DNA of 64,000 nt from Tubulanus polymorphus (lineage: Eukaryota > Animalia > Nemertea), in NCBI RefSeq assembly GCF_964204645.1, contig NC_134029.1:3472001-3536000 (forward strand), read 5' to 3'. The notes beneath the pieces were generated by a model. The model was not told the DNA's origin. It saw only the letters and a list, made by a program, of their open reading frames with translations, and did not search any database. Position 1 is the first letter of the stretch; every line of letters begins with the position of its first letter. The position numbers and the translations under genes were made by a program. This document shows, piece after piece, positions 13,358 through 26,302 of this stretch.

Positions 13358-14301
13358 TTTGCATAGTGAAAAGTGACAAGTGTCAAACTTTCTACACACC
13401 GTCTACTGGCGCAACCTAGCGACCCAATTCTGTTAATCGTCAAAAGCGAACCGCTGATACGATAAAATCATATATATTCAGATGAACTAATCATCAAAGG
13501 AAGACAATCCAATTTCTTAGTGAAGCAGCACAAGTGTGGATTTTTCAATATTTCTTAATTTGTTTTTTGTGGTATTTCTTATATATTTATGAGAAATACA
13601 TTTCCGACGTTACTTATCGGAGTTTTCATTTTTTATTCAACCTAATGTATGTAAACATAAACATTGGCATTTCGCCTAAATTTCAGTGAATTGCACCAGC
13701 AAAATCGAGGTATATTGCATTCCGTCAGTTATTTATAGCGCATAGCTACTGTGTGTTAGAAGCGTATATATCAAGGCTGACGTGTTAACTGTTTTGTATT
13801 ACGTGTTAAGGTAAGATTTTGGAAAAAACTCACTTCAAAATTATGAAATGTGAAATGTGTGTTTCCAGTTTTCCAGGTTGTCCCCAGCTCCCTCCTTGCC
13901 TATCTCTCTTTAGTCTCTGTCTGTCATGGTGTCAAAACAGTCATGATGATTGATGTACAATGTCCTTCGTCTCGAGGATCACTCAGTTGTTGTAACAGTT
14001 TGAAAATTTATAATTTTAAAAGAGTGCTTGAGGATTGTAGGCCTACCTACGATGGCATTCACATTGTAAAGATATTTTTGCTTGCTGATGTCGGTGGGGC
14101 GCCCTACCTCCAACCCTAGTTTCTGTTCATGTGCGGCCATTTGGTTATGAATTGCAATGAAATTATGTTCGCTCAAATTGCACCAAGAAAGTAGAATTGT
14201 GAATGAACATCGCTATCTTTTAATTCATGCTCTTCTATTGATCTATTTTTAGCTACCCTTGCTTGCTGTGTGTGTTTAGAATATTATGTGAATAAGTGTT
14301 G

Positions 14302-17300
14302 ATGATGTCGGGCTCCGACAGTGATACAAGTATATCTGACTGGACAGTCGTAAATCGGGTCGGTGAAATTGAGGTAATACGCAGAAGCTTTTCACAAGAT
14401 AGTTTAGAGATAATCATCAGAAAAATGGATCAACGTGGTCCAGTTATAAAGACCTGTTCATTTACGATACCAGTGGGCAGATATCCAGCAGCTGTCCAGG
14501 GGGACTTGTAGAGTTCCTCATATCTTGGTGTGCCTGAAAATAACTCAAAAGGGCACTTAAGTTTTCAGTATGGAAAGGCAAAATATCAATGCCTTTTGTG
14601 CCACTTTTAGTGAGAAGTATCCCTAGATGGTCTTTCAAAGAAGTTCTTTCAAAAAAAAAAAGTTCTTTCACCCGGCATCTGTTTGTCCCTATTTTATTCA
14701 GAACCGAACTGATGATGCTAATAATGAAAGTGGACAGAGCAGTGGTTCAGAATTCGTCAATATCGATGCTGAACTGGCGTTATATCATCGAATCAGGAAT
14801 CCAGCATCGCAGGAAATCAGCGATATTGAAGCGAACAACGCACAGATTGATAGTGAAGAAAATAATGCTGTTGCTGTTGCTGACGCTGTTCAACAAAATC
14901 CAGGTAAATTAATATCCTCAGTTCGTTATTTTCAATCAGAAATTGATCATTATGTTTAGGTTTTATAGCAAGTTAAAAGTACATGGACGAACTCTGTTGA
15001 GGTTTAATGTTCGGTGATAATGTTTCATTATTTTATCGTAGATATAACGGCTGAATCACCGATAGAAGATGTTTCTAATGATACAACTCTAGTGGAAGAA
15101 GACCAACAACCAGAGTTACAAGTCAAGACGACCACTGATGTAAGTTGTTTGAATGTGTAACTGAGAGGGCAATATTTCTATCCCCATTCAATTTACAAAA
15201 TACAGTCAAACTTGGTAAAATTCGTCATTAAATAAGTCGTCACATCACTTAAATCTTCTCTATTTTTGAGTCATCACCGTAATGATCATCCCAGCTATGA
15301 TTTAAGCGAGTTTGACTTGTTTTTTACCCGCAATACACGGATTTCCAATAAACTTCGATGTATTTTAAACTGGTTCTGCATTTAAAAAAATCTACTTTCA
15401 TTGCAGGAAGAACGAGCTGAATCAATAATACCTGCTGAGGGTATCAAACCAGAACTCGACAAAATTTCGATTAAAACATTATCATTGGAAACTCCGGTTC
15501 AAACGATTGAATACCTGCTCGAGACCCGCGATACGGAAACATTCCCATCTCCGGGGTCGTCTTTCGATATTCCTGAAGTCGACCCAATTATTACGTTGTC
15601 TCGGGATACAACTGATAAAGAATCTTCACCGGAGATTGATGATGAGGGAGTTGATTGGACGAAAGATCCTAAAAAACAAGTAATTACATTCTCTCAAAAT
15701 CAACTGCATAGAAAATCTAAAACTCTCTCCATTTCTGGTGGTGGCTTGTTTTTTTAGGATATATCTGTAACAGCTGTGAATGAGAAAGATTCTGATGAAA
15801 TTAAAGAAGATGAAAAAGACCCGAAATATGAGAATTTTCCACCTTTGCCGGCTGAAAATGAGTTGTTAGATTCTGTTAAATCACCTGATACAGGTATATT
15901 TATCAAGGTTCTTACATTACAGCTGGGATATCAGGGAATTCGGGGGTTCATTTTTCTGTGCTTGGAAATTCAGGGAATTCTGAACTCTTTCTTGAAAATT
16001 AAGGAATTTCAATTTTCAGTGTTGTTTTCTTGCTGGTAATGAGTGGCACCTCCTGGTCACCCACTGATTGAGGATAAATCTTATAATTTAATGGAGTTAA
16101 CATGAAATCCCAATGATTCTATTCATCCATTGTAATGAATTATCTGCACTGAACTGAAGGTGGTATTTTGATTAATTCAAGATTCGGATGTTGAACAGAT
16201 TGAGAACGATGCAGCTGCAGTTGAAAAGGAACCAGGTGAAGCTGGAGATGTCGTCCATCCTTTACCGGATTTGATGCAATCGTCTCGGTCATCAATTAGC
16301 TCCAGATTCAGTTTCATTCAACATCGCGATGGTAAGTGGTCACAACAACCCTGCCATCTATCAAGAAACTGTCCAACTAAACATCTTCTTTTGAAACAGA
16401 TGAAGAATCTTTACCAGAAAGTGATATCTCATTAATGAATGACAGCGATGCCGTAGACGATGAAGGGGACATAACATCAGCAAAAACATTGAAGAATCGT
16501 CAGTACCTTCATAAACCAAACCCAGATCTGAACTGGAGTCTCAATATTGTTTTGTCATTGGTTGTTGCTCTCGCCCTAGGACTCGGAATCGGCCATGCAA
16601 TTGGTAGGTATCGCAATATTCAAACATGTCGCGGATCAGGTTACCAAGATGGTTAAGCACTTTATTCAACTTTTCTTCATACTTCATTCAGGGAGCGCCC
16701 GAGAAGCCCGAAACTTGGCAAATGCTCCACATGTCAATAATCTACGTGATGAATTATCCATTTGCCTAAGAAAGAGGGCAATCGTTGAAAATCAGCTGCA
16801 TGACTATAGACAGGTGGGCATTGTATGAAACAAGATGTACCCGGTATATTTCTGTTAAAAAAATGACGGAAAAAACATCCTTTTCGTTACATCAATCAAT
16901 TTCTGTTTTCAGGGAGAGATAAAGCAACAGTTGGAAAGTTTGACGAGCAAACTCGGGTGGTTGTCAAGTGAACGAGACTGGCTGAGAACGGAATTGAAAA
17001 ATCGCAGCGACATGATCGATGCATTATACACGGAGAAGAATTCGATGCAACTAGAAATCAAACAACTGCAAGAAGATACGTCGCAGCTGAACGGGAAACT
17101 GGGCGTCATGGAAGCGCAAAAGAGAACACTTCTGAAAGAAAACGAGAATCTGAAGACTCAACTCGAGTTGATAAAAAGTGAAACTGGAAAATCGAGACAT
17201 GTCGAAAATCAAGTTAAACAGGTATTATTCATGTATCACTTGAAATTACAATATTGATCGTGATGTAGTGATGAAATGTTAAAAGGTCACAATTGTAAAT

Positions 17301-19858
17301 GACTTATAAGTTTACAAAATATTGAATGTACTGGTTCATAAGATCCACCCCTCCTCAGTCTCTCTAGAATGATAGGTCATCAAAGGGTGATAGCAACCAA
17401 CCAAAATATTTCAAATAGATTATTCTTTTTGTCAATTTACAATTGTGGGACTTTAACATGACTTTTACATGGTATTTACCGTCATAAGATGTAAATCTGC
17501 AATATCAATCAATACGCATATACTTATACCGCATAAATATCTTTACAGCTTCAGCAGGACACGGCAAACTTAAATTTACGCATCGTGGATCTAGGATCAG
17601 AGAAGAAGCATCTCATGAGTTTGAACCTGAAGTTGAAAACTGATACAGACAATTTGAAAGCCGCGAATCAGGAACTTCTCAGGCAGAAATTACTCCTCGT
17701 GGAGAAAGACCAAACGTGGAAGACCTACTACGACAAGATGACGATGAAAGTCGACCAGATCGAAGCTGAGAAAGCAGAACTACAGAGACAGATTCAACAG
17801 AAAAAAGTCACGCAGCCGGAATTCGACGTGAAGCTGATTAATCCTAATATTCATTCCGAGAAAAGTAAGACTTTAAGTAAAACGGTGTTGAACTGATGTA
17901 ATCTAGCGATCTATTTTCAAAACTAAATTTCTCATATGTAACTTTTCCATCAGTGGTCGAGCCGGCAAATACAGTGGTCATGGAACAACAACAACAACAT
18001 GCTGATGCCGAATTCAAAGATGAAATAAACGAACTTCGTTTCGAAAATGAACATTTAAAACTAGAGTTAGCCAAACATCGCTACGGACAAGCGACTACTT
18101 GTAAAGCTGATAAAACTGATGGTAAGAAATCTAGATGTCTAATATTCGGCATAACTATATTTCATTGGATATTCATTTCGATTTGCGCCATGTACTTTTC
18201 TTGCAGAAGAATTCTCGCAGGATCCAAGATATCTGAAACTGGTCGAGAAAATCGGTAAATTAGAGAATGATTATATATACGCCGCGGCAAACTGCTCATT
18301 ATGGAAATGTCTCTTCACGTCTGCCATGATGAACCAATGGGAGCTTATAGCTAATCTCACCAACTCTGGGCAATTTCGCAGTTTCATCAGCTCGGTCCAA
18401 AATGTTGGACGGGCAACGGAACCGGTCATCAACGGCGTGTATGATTACTGGGTCGAAATGATGAAATCGTTACCGAAAAAATTCGAGAATTTTCAAGACG
18501 TGTCAAAAGATGCGTGGAATTATATAAACGGTTCACCTGAGGTTAATGAGTACATTGAGAAAACTAAACGCAAAGTAAATGACATCAGCGAACAAATTCA
18601 TTTCGGTTTCCTCAAATTCGGGGATGTTTTAGGAAATATGTTCGATGGTAAGAATGGTCGGGAAGAAAATGATGAAAAAACAACAGTAAACTGGGATGAA
18701 GATGAGAGTGATGTCAATGTAGATATTGATCAGGAAGAAAGTTCAGAAAGTGAGTCGGATACTGAAAATATGAGGAAAAACGATAAGACAAACAAACAAA
18801 AAAATGTTAAGAAGAAAAAGACAACTGGAGATTCTAGTGACGAGAAAATTCTGAAAAAGTATCCCGAACCTGAGGAAAAAGAAATTAAAGACAAACACAA
18901 TGAAGAAAAGAAGAGAAAAAAGGGTGAAATTAATGATGAAACTGTGAAACAATATCCTGAATCTCAGAAAAAGTGGAAATATGATGCTAAAGAGGGGCGT
19001 GGGGATAAATTCAAAATGGAAGGTCGAAGAAAAAATGACAGAGATAATAAAAGCAAGAAAGAAAAACCAACAACCGAAAAAACGGAGAAGAAAAATGATG
19101 ATGAAGATGATAAGGAGTCTAAAAGTTTCTTTGATCGGTTTAAACCGAGCAAGATTCTAAAGAAGCTGAAGGAAAAAGTTCGTAAACTGAATAGGAAAAA
19201 GTGGTTTTCCATGGATTTTGACGACAAAGAAGACGTGTGGGAAGAGTTCACCGATTTCCAACATGAGCACGCTGATTATCTCGGTTCTCAGGACAAAAAC
19301 TGGTTAAACTGTCAGATGGAATGGTGGAAGTGTGTGTTCCATGTCGGTAGGTCGGTGGAAGACGACTGTTGGGAAAGGCTGTTACCGTGGCAGCGACATG
19401 TCCTGAAGAAATGGAAGCGGAAAAAAACATCGCAGAAGAAGCGTCGAACGTGGAAGCAAAAAACGAATGACGGATTCCAGTCGGATGAAGCGGAAACCAA
19501 ACACACAGAAACCAAACCCGAAAATGATGATAAAAATTCCACGACAGCGGAAGCAACTGCGGAATCACGAGGTAAAACAAACTGGTACATTCGACGTGGA
19601 GAGGACAGAGAAGATGGCCGCCACGATAGCAGTTGGTATTTCCGGCGAGCGGAAGATCGCGAAGATTCGAGACGCGACGATATTAACTGGGTTTTCAAGA
19701 GGGCATCCGATCGCGAGAAGATGCACAATGACCAGGAACATTATACGACTGATTCGCTGAAATTCAACGGTCAACCGCAACAAGAAACAGATCATCGGTT
19801 TGACGAACATTTCTGGAGAGATGAATACGAGAATGATAATTACGATCATAATGATTAA
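14302..19858 (+). CDS. CCPG1/PBXIP1-like single-pass ER membrane protein. Exons 14302-14373, 14702-14903, 15042-15139, 15407-15679, 15758-15893, 16182-16331, 16400-16603, 16692-16813, 16913-17221, 17549-17864, 17954-18121, 18207-19858
   Basis: N-terminus 'MSGSDSDTSISDWTVV' (LIR-like), an acidic disordered region with SDVEQI/SDISLM, TM 'LNIVLSLVVALALGLGIGHAIG', a long coiled coil and a charged C-terminus. All junction phases were checked and are consistent. The family assignment rests on recalled motif similarity. Confidence 0.7.
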
Positions 19859-20867
19859 TCCTCAAATAACCCATGTACATGTATGCATAACCCATATTCC
19901 TCACATCAATGTGCTACATTTTCACGAAAGACTTGGGTTCCACCAAGTCAAATTCTTAGTTTATAATTCTTTGTGTTACTTATCGAAATTTCAGTCTCTC
20001 ACTTAGTCTCTCAGTCATCATTTAGCATATGCAGCGTATGTTATGCTTTCATATATACATAGTAATTAACAGCAAATTAACCCGAAGCCCGAGGTTTATT
20101 CATTCATTTATTGCTAAAAGTAAATTAACTGCAATATTATTCATGTAAACAAGCTCTTAATTTATTAACTATTCATACACAATCCAGATATAATGCAATA
20201 GTACAAGTTAGTTAATGATGGTTTTTGTTTTGTTTCTTATCTTATGTTACAATAGTGGTATTTGTAAACAATCTTTTCTTTGAGGAATCGTTGAATTAAT
20301 ATCATTTAGGACATATCAGTCGAAAGCTACTCGTCAGAAGTTCTTGCCTATCTGTCTCAAAACACGGCCAATCCTTTTGAAATTTCCTGTGATACCAACA
20401 TGAAGTGTTATAAGTAGAATTGTAATATATATATGTTATTGTTTCCACCAGTGTAATGTGGTTTGAGGTTATCAAATCTTTGCTTCAAATAAATTTTACT
20501 CCAGCAATTTATTTGTTAGATATTGTTCTCGAGTATCAATATAAGAGCGGTTGTCTATTCAAGAGGCCGGCCATCGACAAGGCTTTAAGCAGGTATCACC
20601 CTGCTAACTGGACCGCCAATTTCAAATCATCAAAGCTACACATGTTGAGGACTCGTCTCAGGATAAGGATATATTTAATTGAAAATGAACAATCAAAAAA
20701 CCAGACATTTCCTTAGTACTTTCAAGATCAAGACTACATTACAACAGTCTGAAGTTTCCTGGATGCAGCAATACCTGCATCAACGAGTGCATGATTTGAA
20801 AGTTCTCGGCACGGTCAGCTATCTGGAAATCCACAGCAGTGAGTCATGAGTCAGGATTTACATACCA

Positions 20868-20995
20868 GAGGCCAGTTCCACAGTCGAGACTTAAGTCCAT
20901 AAGTGGACTTAAGTCTTAAGATTGGTCCTAAGTTGTTAGATTGGCTATAGAACTAACATGGTCTTAAGTTAAGCCAAGCCTATGGAACCGGCACC
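20868..20995. mobile_element. Palindromic MITE-like family copy; other copies at about 1-78, 3505-3590 (reverse) and 52400-52495
   Basis: Shared core 'ttggctatagaactaa(g/c)atggtctta' and inverted termini ggccagttccacag ... ctatggaaccggc. Confidence 0.65.
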
Positions 20996-21440
20996 TGAGG
21001 TTAAAAATCTCCAATCATAAACACAAGTATTGTATTAAACTAACAAAATTTTTTTATTTCAAAATATTTGCCAGTAAAATCTTGCTCATTAAGATTTCTA
21101 ATCTCAATTACAAGGTGGGAAGTATGCTGGAAAACTCAAACTAGGAAGTATGAACTGTCTTAATGGATAGTAAGACTCGACCTACCTCAGTATTTCTAAA
21201 AACAAATTCTGTTTAGCTCGCCAAGATCTGACTTCAGTAGAGCTATTTAAACTAAATTGACTATTTACACTTTAATAAGTAACTTTTTTCTAAGGTACGC
21301 CGGGTCTACTGTGCTAGAGGACCTTTTAAACAACACAGCCATGACTAGTTCTTCAAGGATTTGTTCACCAAAATTAGCTTTAACTAATACAATTTAAACA
21401 ACTGGACCTAAAGTCAATTTTTTTCTGGGATTGATTTGTT

Positions 21441-21459
21441 GGGGGGGGGGGGGGGGGGG
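21441..21459 (+). repeat. Poly-G homopolymer (19 nt) downstream of the AKAP17A stop
   Basis: Directly visible run of G. Confidence 0.9.
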
Positions 21460-21919
21460 TATTTTTCTTATTTTTTTTAAACAAAAACCCTAAAGAAGAC
21501 CTTTTAGTAATCCTTCAATACATCGCAAAATAGAGATAAAACGATTACTGCACAGTTTCACTGGTGAAATGGCAAATTGAGGTATGCGTTCAAAAAATTA
21601 AGGGATATCCCAAAAAAATCCAGCCCAGACAAACAATAGACTTTAGATGTTGAATACTATTTTACAAATGCAGTGACATTGGGTCCTCTAGAAATGCTCT
21701 TCAGTTTTGAGTGTTTATTTCCACAGTGTTATTTTCACTATCACTACTAGTCATACACTCGATGTGAACCTCAGTATCCGCCGTCCATTCCCATGGATCT
21801 TCCTCCGTTTCGCTTGTTTCCCCGCATAAAATCTTCTCGACCGTCCGATCGTTATAGAATCGCGTTTCACCGGTTTGTTCGACTGTCTCCACCTGCCGTT
21901 CTTTCTCCACCTCTTCTAG

Positions 21920-24406
21920 TCATCTGTTCAAAATGACGGCGCTTTTTAGTTTCGTTTTGCCGCGGATTTTCTTCCGAAGTTCTTCGCGCTGAGTTTCGGC
22001 TTTTTTCTCCTCGATCGCTTTCATTCGCAGGAGAATCTTATCGCGTAATTCTTTCTCCTGTTTTTCGAGTTTTTCTTTTTTACGTTTTTGAGTGTCTAAT
22101 TTACGTTTTTCGTCGGCAAGTTTTTTCAGCCTTTCCTCTTCGACTTGTTTGCGACGAATTTCTTCGATTTCTTTCTCTTTACGAACGAGATCTTCTTGGA
22201 CTTTAACAACCTATAATACAATGATCAAAATAAATCGAAATAACTAATGATATTTTTGAGATTTATCCTGTCTTGGTGCTGAAGCTGTAAACAGCGTTTT
22301 GTCATATTCAGGGTTCGTTCAAAATCAGGGAATTCAAAATCCCTAATATTTCCCTTGACCAAAAATTCCCTGATTAGACTACAAGACATCATCAGTGACA
22401 TCAAATCCAGTACTCCCTGATTTCCCTGATCTCAGAAAAACCCTGATATCAGTAAAAGAAACATGACTTACTTTAACTCTATTCAACAGTTCAGTAAGAA
22501 GATGAATACTCTCAAGTTGTCGTTTAGCGATCAATAATTTACGTTCTTCCATCGCGATTTTCAACGCCATTTTTCGTTCGTCTTCTCGGTTTTTCTCCTC
22601 TTGTTTGCGAATCTTTCTCTTTTCTTCTCGCTCTTTCATGCGTTTTTCTCGTTTTCGTAGTTTTTCCTCTCGTTTTCTCTCGCGTTCTCGATCTTCCTCT
22701 TCCTGTCGTATTCTATCGGTGAAAAATAATATCGATCGATCATCAACAGAAACGTACTATAAAAATTCAAGGTTTCATTCCAACTGGAGCAGAGTCTGCT
22801 ATAATATAAATTCTGCGGCCAAATATTTTGATGAATTACCTCTCCAGCTCTTGTTTCTTTTTCTCATCCTCTCTTTCCAGGCGAACTTTCTCCTCCCTCA
22901 ATCTTTCGAGTTCCATCAGTTTCTCGCGTTCCTTTCTTCGTCTTGCGATCGCCTTGTCCGTTAAATGCCGCGTCCGATCGAAATCAACCTGAAAAACAAA
23001 AACCCAACCAAAAAATTGATATACGATTCCAAGAGCGGGTTCATATTCTGTATATACTATACAAACTCTGATTGAATATCTCAGCCCTGACATTTCACGC
23101 GGAAAAAGCCAACAACTACAGTGAATGAACTTGACATGAATAAAAGACTTTGTGTGAACAGTAATAATTTGTCAATACGGATGTTTGATGTTTTTATCAT
23201 AACTCAAAAGCAGATGACAAATTTTCCATATATAACATATGATATATGATATATCAGCAATGGAACCAGTACAAGCTTTCTATTGACATTTGCTCCAGGT
23301 CAGGATCTTATTTAACTAAAGTTAACCGATAGATTTTCCAATGCTGTGGAATCATCTGCCTAATGGACATATTACCCAGTTCACCTATTCCCTTAATTCC
23401 CCTGTTCCTTGAATACACAAAAACTTAAAACTTAAACTGTTATCCTCAGAGGGGGCCGTTTTTTTCTCGAGAGGTTCATTGTGCCAAGACAAAGACACAA
23501 AAATTCTAATTCCCCGATTTGAAGAAGAGCCAGAATTCCCTGCCCAGTATTAAATGAGGCGGAATTCCCTGATTCCCGTGATCTGTAAGAAGGACCCTGG
23601 ATCACCGCCACTAACATCATATCGTTTGAGATATTAACCTTTACGGACGCAGAAGAAGCTTTTCCATCTTCACCGATATGCATCATTTTCATACCACGTA
23701 ATGTATCCATAGCTTTTACGAAACTGATATACTCCTTGAACTGTACGTAGGCCGAAAACGTTAAATGCTGCCCGAACGAAAATGTCTGAATAACGCCGGG
23801 GTAAACCTCTTCACGATACGGATCCAACATCGGGATATCGGCGCAGCGAATTTCGCCGAATTGCTCGAAAACCTTCCGCAAGATGAACTCGCTCGGTTTG
23901 TCGACGCGTTCTTTGTCTTTTTCGCGTCGGTTCGCGAACCAACGACACGGAACGTCTTTCAGGAATATCGTGTCGGGACGTTCGCCGGCGCGCATCTCGT
24001 TCATGTGTTTCGCGTCGCGGAAATACGAGTCCCAATCGTGACGAGTCGGGAAGATGACTTTAGCTTCGGCCGCGCGAACTTTCAGAACGTCCGGAAACCC
24101 GCTCAATTTTATCGTCTTAGCGTCCAATTTCGCGATGCAGTTTTTGATCAATGACTTGTTCTCGATTTCGCCCTCGAAGCGCAAGAATTCGAGAGTGCTT
24201 TTGATAATTTTCAACGATATGAACGAATCAGGTTTGATCATAGTTTTCACTTTTTCCATCACCTCCCAGTTCGATATCGATTTTCCGGCTAGTTTTAAAA
24301 GAGGCAGTTGAACGCATACGTTCAGTTTTGCGATTGGTTTCAGGTACAGATTCTGCGGTTCGAAGAACTCAACTGCGTCTGATGTATCGTTACACGCGCT
24401 CGCCAT
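21920..24406 (-). CDS. AKAP17A: A-kinase anchor protein 17A (splicing factor SFRS17A/XE7). Exons 24406-23639, 22988-22840, 22712-22472, 22210-21920; probable non-coding exon donor at about 25136
   Basis: 'LYLKPIAKLNVCVQLP...KSISNWEVMEK...WDSYFRDAKHMNEMRAGERPDTI...VQFKEYISFVKAMDTLRGMK...VDFDRTRHL', then an E/K/R coiled coil ending 'KLKSAVILNR*'. Confidence 0.95.
22310..22450. mobile_element. Dispersed 'tcagggaattc...aaaattccctga' MITE-like family; also at about 2670-2790, 2960-3060, 15925-16030, 23480-23600, 39000-39120, 47236-47494, 48005-48075, 62810-63035
   Basis: Recurring cagggaa/ttccctga units confined to introns. The 47236-47494 copy has inverted ends agggcagccactt / aagcggccaccctg. 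Confidence 0.65.
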
Positions 24407-24519
24407 TTCCTCCCTCAATCTGAAATTAATGAACATTGAAAATTCAATACAATCCACCACGAAGACAATTCATCTCTCACTGTTCATCCACGCCATATTT
24501 GGATACAGCGGCGTCATAT

Positions 24520-25060
24520 AATACAGAAACAGCAGGTAGACATATATTAGTCATATAATGTTCTTCAAGATAATCCATCATTTAGTAGACATTGATTCAG
24601 CAGACTATCTGAAACTGGTGAAAGTCATACCATGATCTCCCCACAATATAAGGTATCTTCCCCTACTCTACATCGACAGACCTCGTAGCATACTTTGGAA
24701 TTCATTACCAGCCACAGTCTCGCTGAGGCTCACTCTTTAGCATCCTTTCAGAGTGGGTTATCAAACCTGACCTTCTAAGGGGATCCCAATCCCAGACCCA
24801 GGTACAATCTACTCATCTAGCTAGCAATAGCATCCCACTAGTGATGGACGGACTCGAGCTGTGTCAGCGAGGTTTTGCAAACTGTCAGTGTCACCACTGC
24901 ACCACGCAAGCCAAACTGGTCGTCCTGAGGGTGTGAACACGTACCTCCGAATTTTTTTTTCAGCGCACCGTCTCAGGATTGTCAAGTTGTGACAGAGTGA
25001 CGTACCAATATATGTGTAGATGCAGAACCACAACCACCAGATCCAGATGTAAATAATTTG
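24520..25060 (+). mobile_element. Degenerate 3' end of a CR1/L2-group non-LTR retrotransposon, antisense in AKAP17A intron 1
   Basis: Frameshifted translation 'MFFKIIHHLVDIDSADYL...LWNSLPATV...AEAHSLASFQSGLSNLTF*', typical of the C-terminus of CR1-group ORF2, followed by a 3'UTR ending in ccagat repeats. Confidence 0.7.
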
Positions 25061-25247
25061 AATTGAATTGAGACTTCAAATATATCATTCTATTCAGAGA
25101 GCATCAAACGAATAAAGTCACAGACAGGCAGCCTACCTGGGACGTGTTTACCAACGAAATTAACATTTATTCCACACAATTATATTCTGTCGTCTTTTCG
25201 TTTAAAAGAAAAGTGTAATTATTTCATTTTTTCTCACATCAACCAAC

Positions 25248-25256
25248 CCGGAAGTG
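25248..25256. promoter_or_regulatory. ETS/GABP-like site in the probable AKAP17A promoter
   Basis: CCGGAAGTG about 110 bp upstream of the first splice donor. Confidence 0.4.
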
Positions 25257-26302
25257 ATTGAATTTGCCGTGCAGAGGTTACTTCGCAAACTGCGGCAACC
25301 GGTGTGTCAAGATAAAATTTTGGGTTCGAATCCACGATAAATGTTGCTGATATACCGTATCCGATTAATTTATCGTACTGCAAGTCTTAGACATGAACTG
25401 TTCATTAAGGATCATTACTTGATTTACCTGCCAAGACTATTAAATAGGCTGTGCGTTCGCTACGCAATCACTCCCCCAATAGATGGATTCACTCAGTCAC
25501 TGCTCTCTAAGTGAAGTGACGCAATAACATAATTTCGCTTGAAATAAAATATAAAGAATGTAATCTATTCAGAAAAAATTTATTTTGTTGTTTTTAAACG
25601 TTGATTTACATTACATCATCAGCTGTTTGAAACCAGCTGTATTTGACAATTGCACATCTCTATTGAACATTGTCCTTCACTTGTTAAGTAGAAACAACCC
25701 GTTACCAGTTTGACTGGAACCATTTAAAAAATCTAGAAATAATCTTTACATTTAAAAAGGTTCTTTTTAGAGTTCAATAAATATAATGCAATAACGTGCA
25801 CAGGAGGGCAGCATCACCAGGCACCTGTGTGTACCGGTATATTCAGCAGCACAATTGAGGAATGATTGTTGTTGTTCATACATGATTGATATAAAATGTG
25901 CAGACAAATTTCCTCGAACTGATTAAATACATAAGAATATTTCCATTTTCTGATTATGAACTATGCAAAATTATGACCTCAAAATAAGGTTGTTTAAGAT
26001 ATCGTAAGTAGAACGAAAATCGATGGAAAGAATTGAATTCCTTTTAAATACATACATAAATAGAAATAGAACAAATACAGAAGAAGCGATTAAATATATT
26101 ACAATATTTCCATTACCTAACTTTGATGAACAAGCATGCAAAAATATGAGCTTCAAATCAAGTTGCTTTAGATACCGTCAGTAGTGGATGGAAAGAATTC
26201 AATTCTTTTAAACATTTAAATAGTGAATAAATTATTTCATCAAATCATAAAAATCTATATAAACAAACACATGAAACTGATTTGTTCTTACTGAATATGA
26301 TT

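Noticed and set aside
18743-19849. Several minus-strand and alternate-frame ORFs over the large CCPG1-like exon
   Set aside because: Shadow ORFs caused by the purine-rich, low-complexity coding strand.
23765-24311. Antisense and alternate-frame ORFs within the AKAP17A main exon
   Set aside because: Explained by CG-rich codon usage of the real exon; no independent motifs or splice signals.
25315-25340. GGGTTCGAATCC T-loop/B-box-like motif (similar at about 43460)
   Set aside because: No complete cloverleaf; more likely SINE remnants than tRNA genes.
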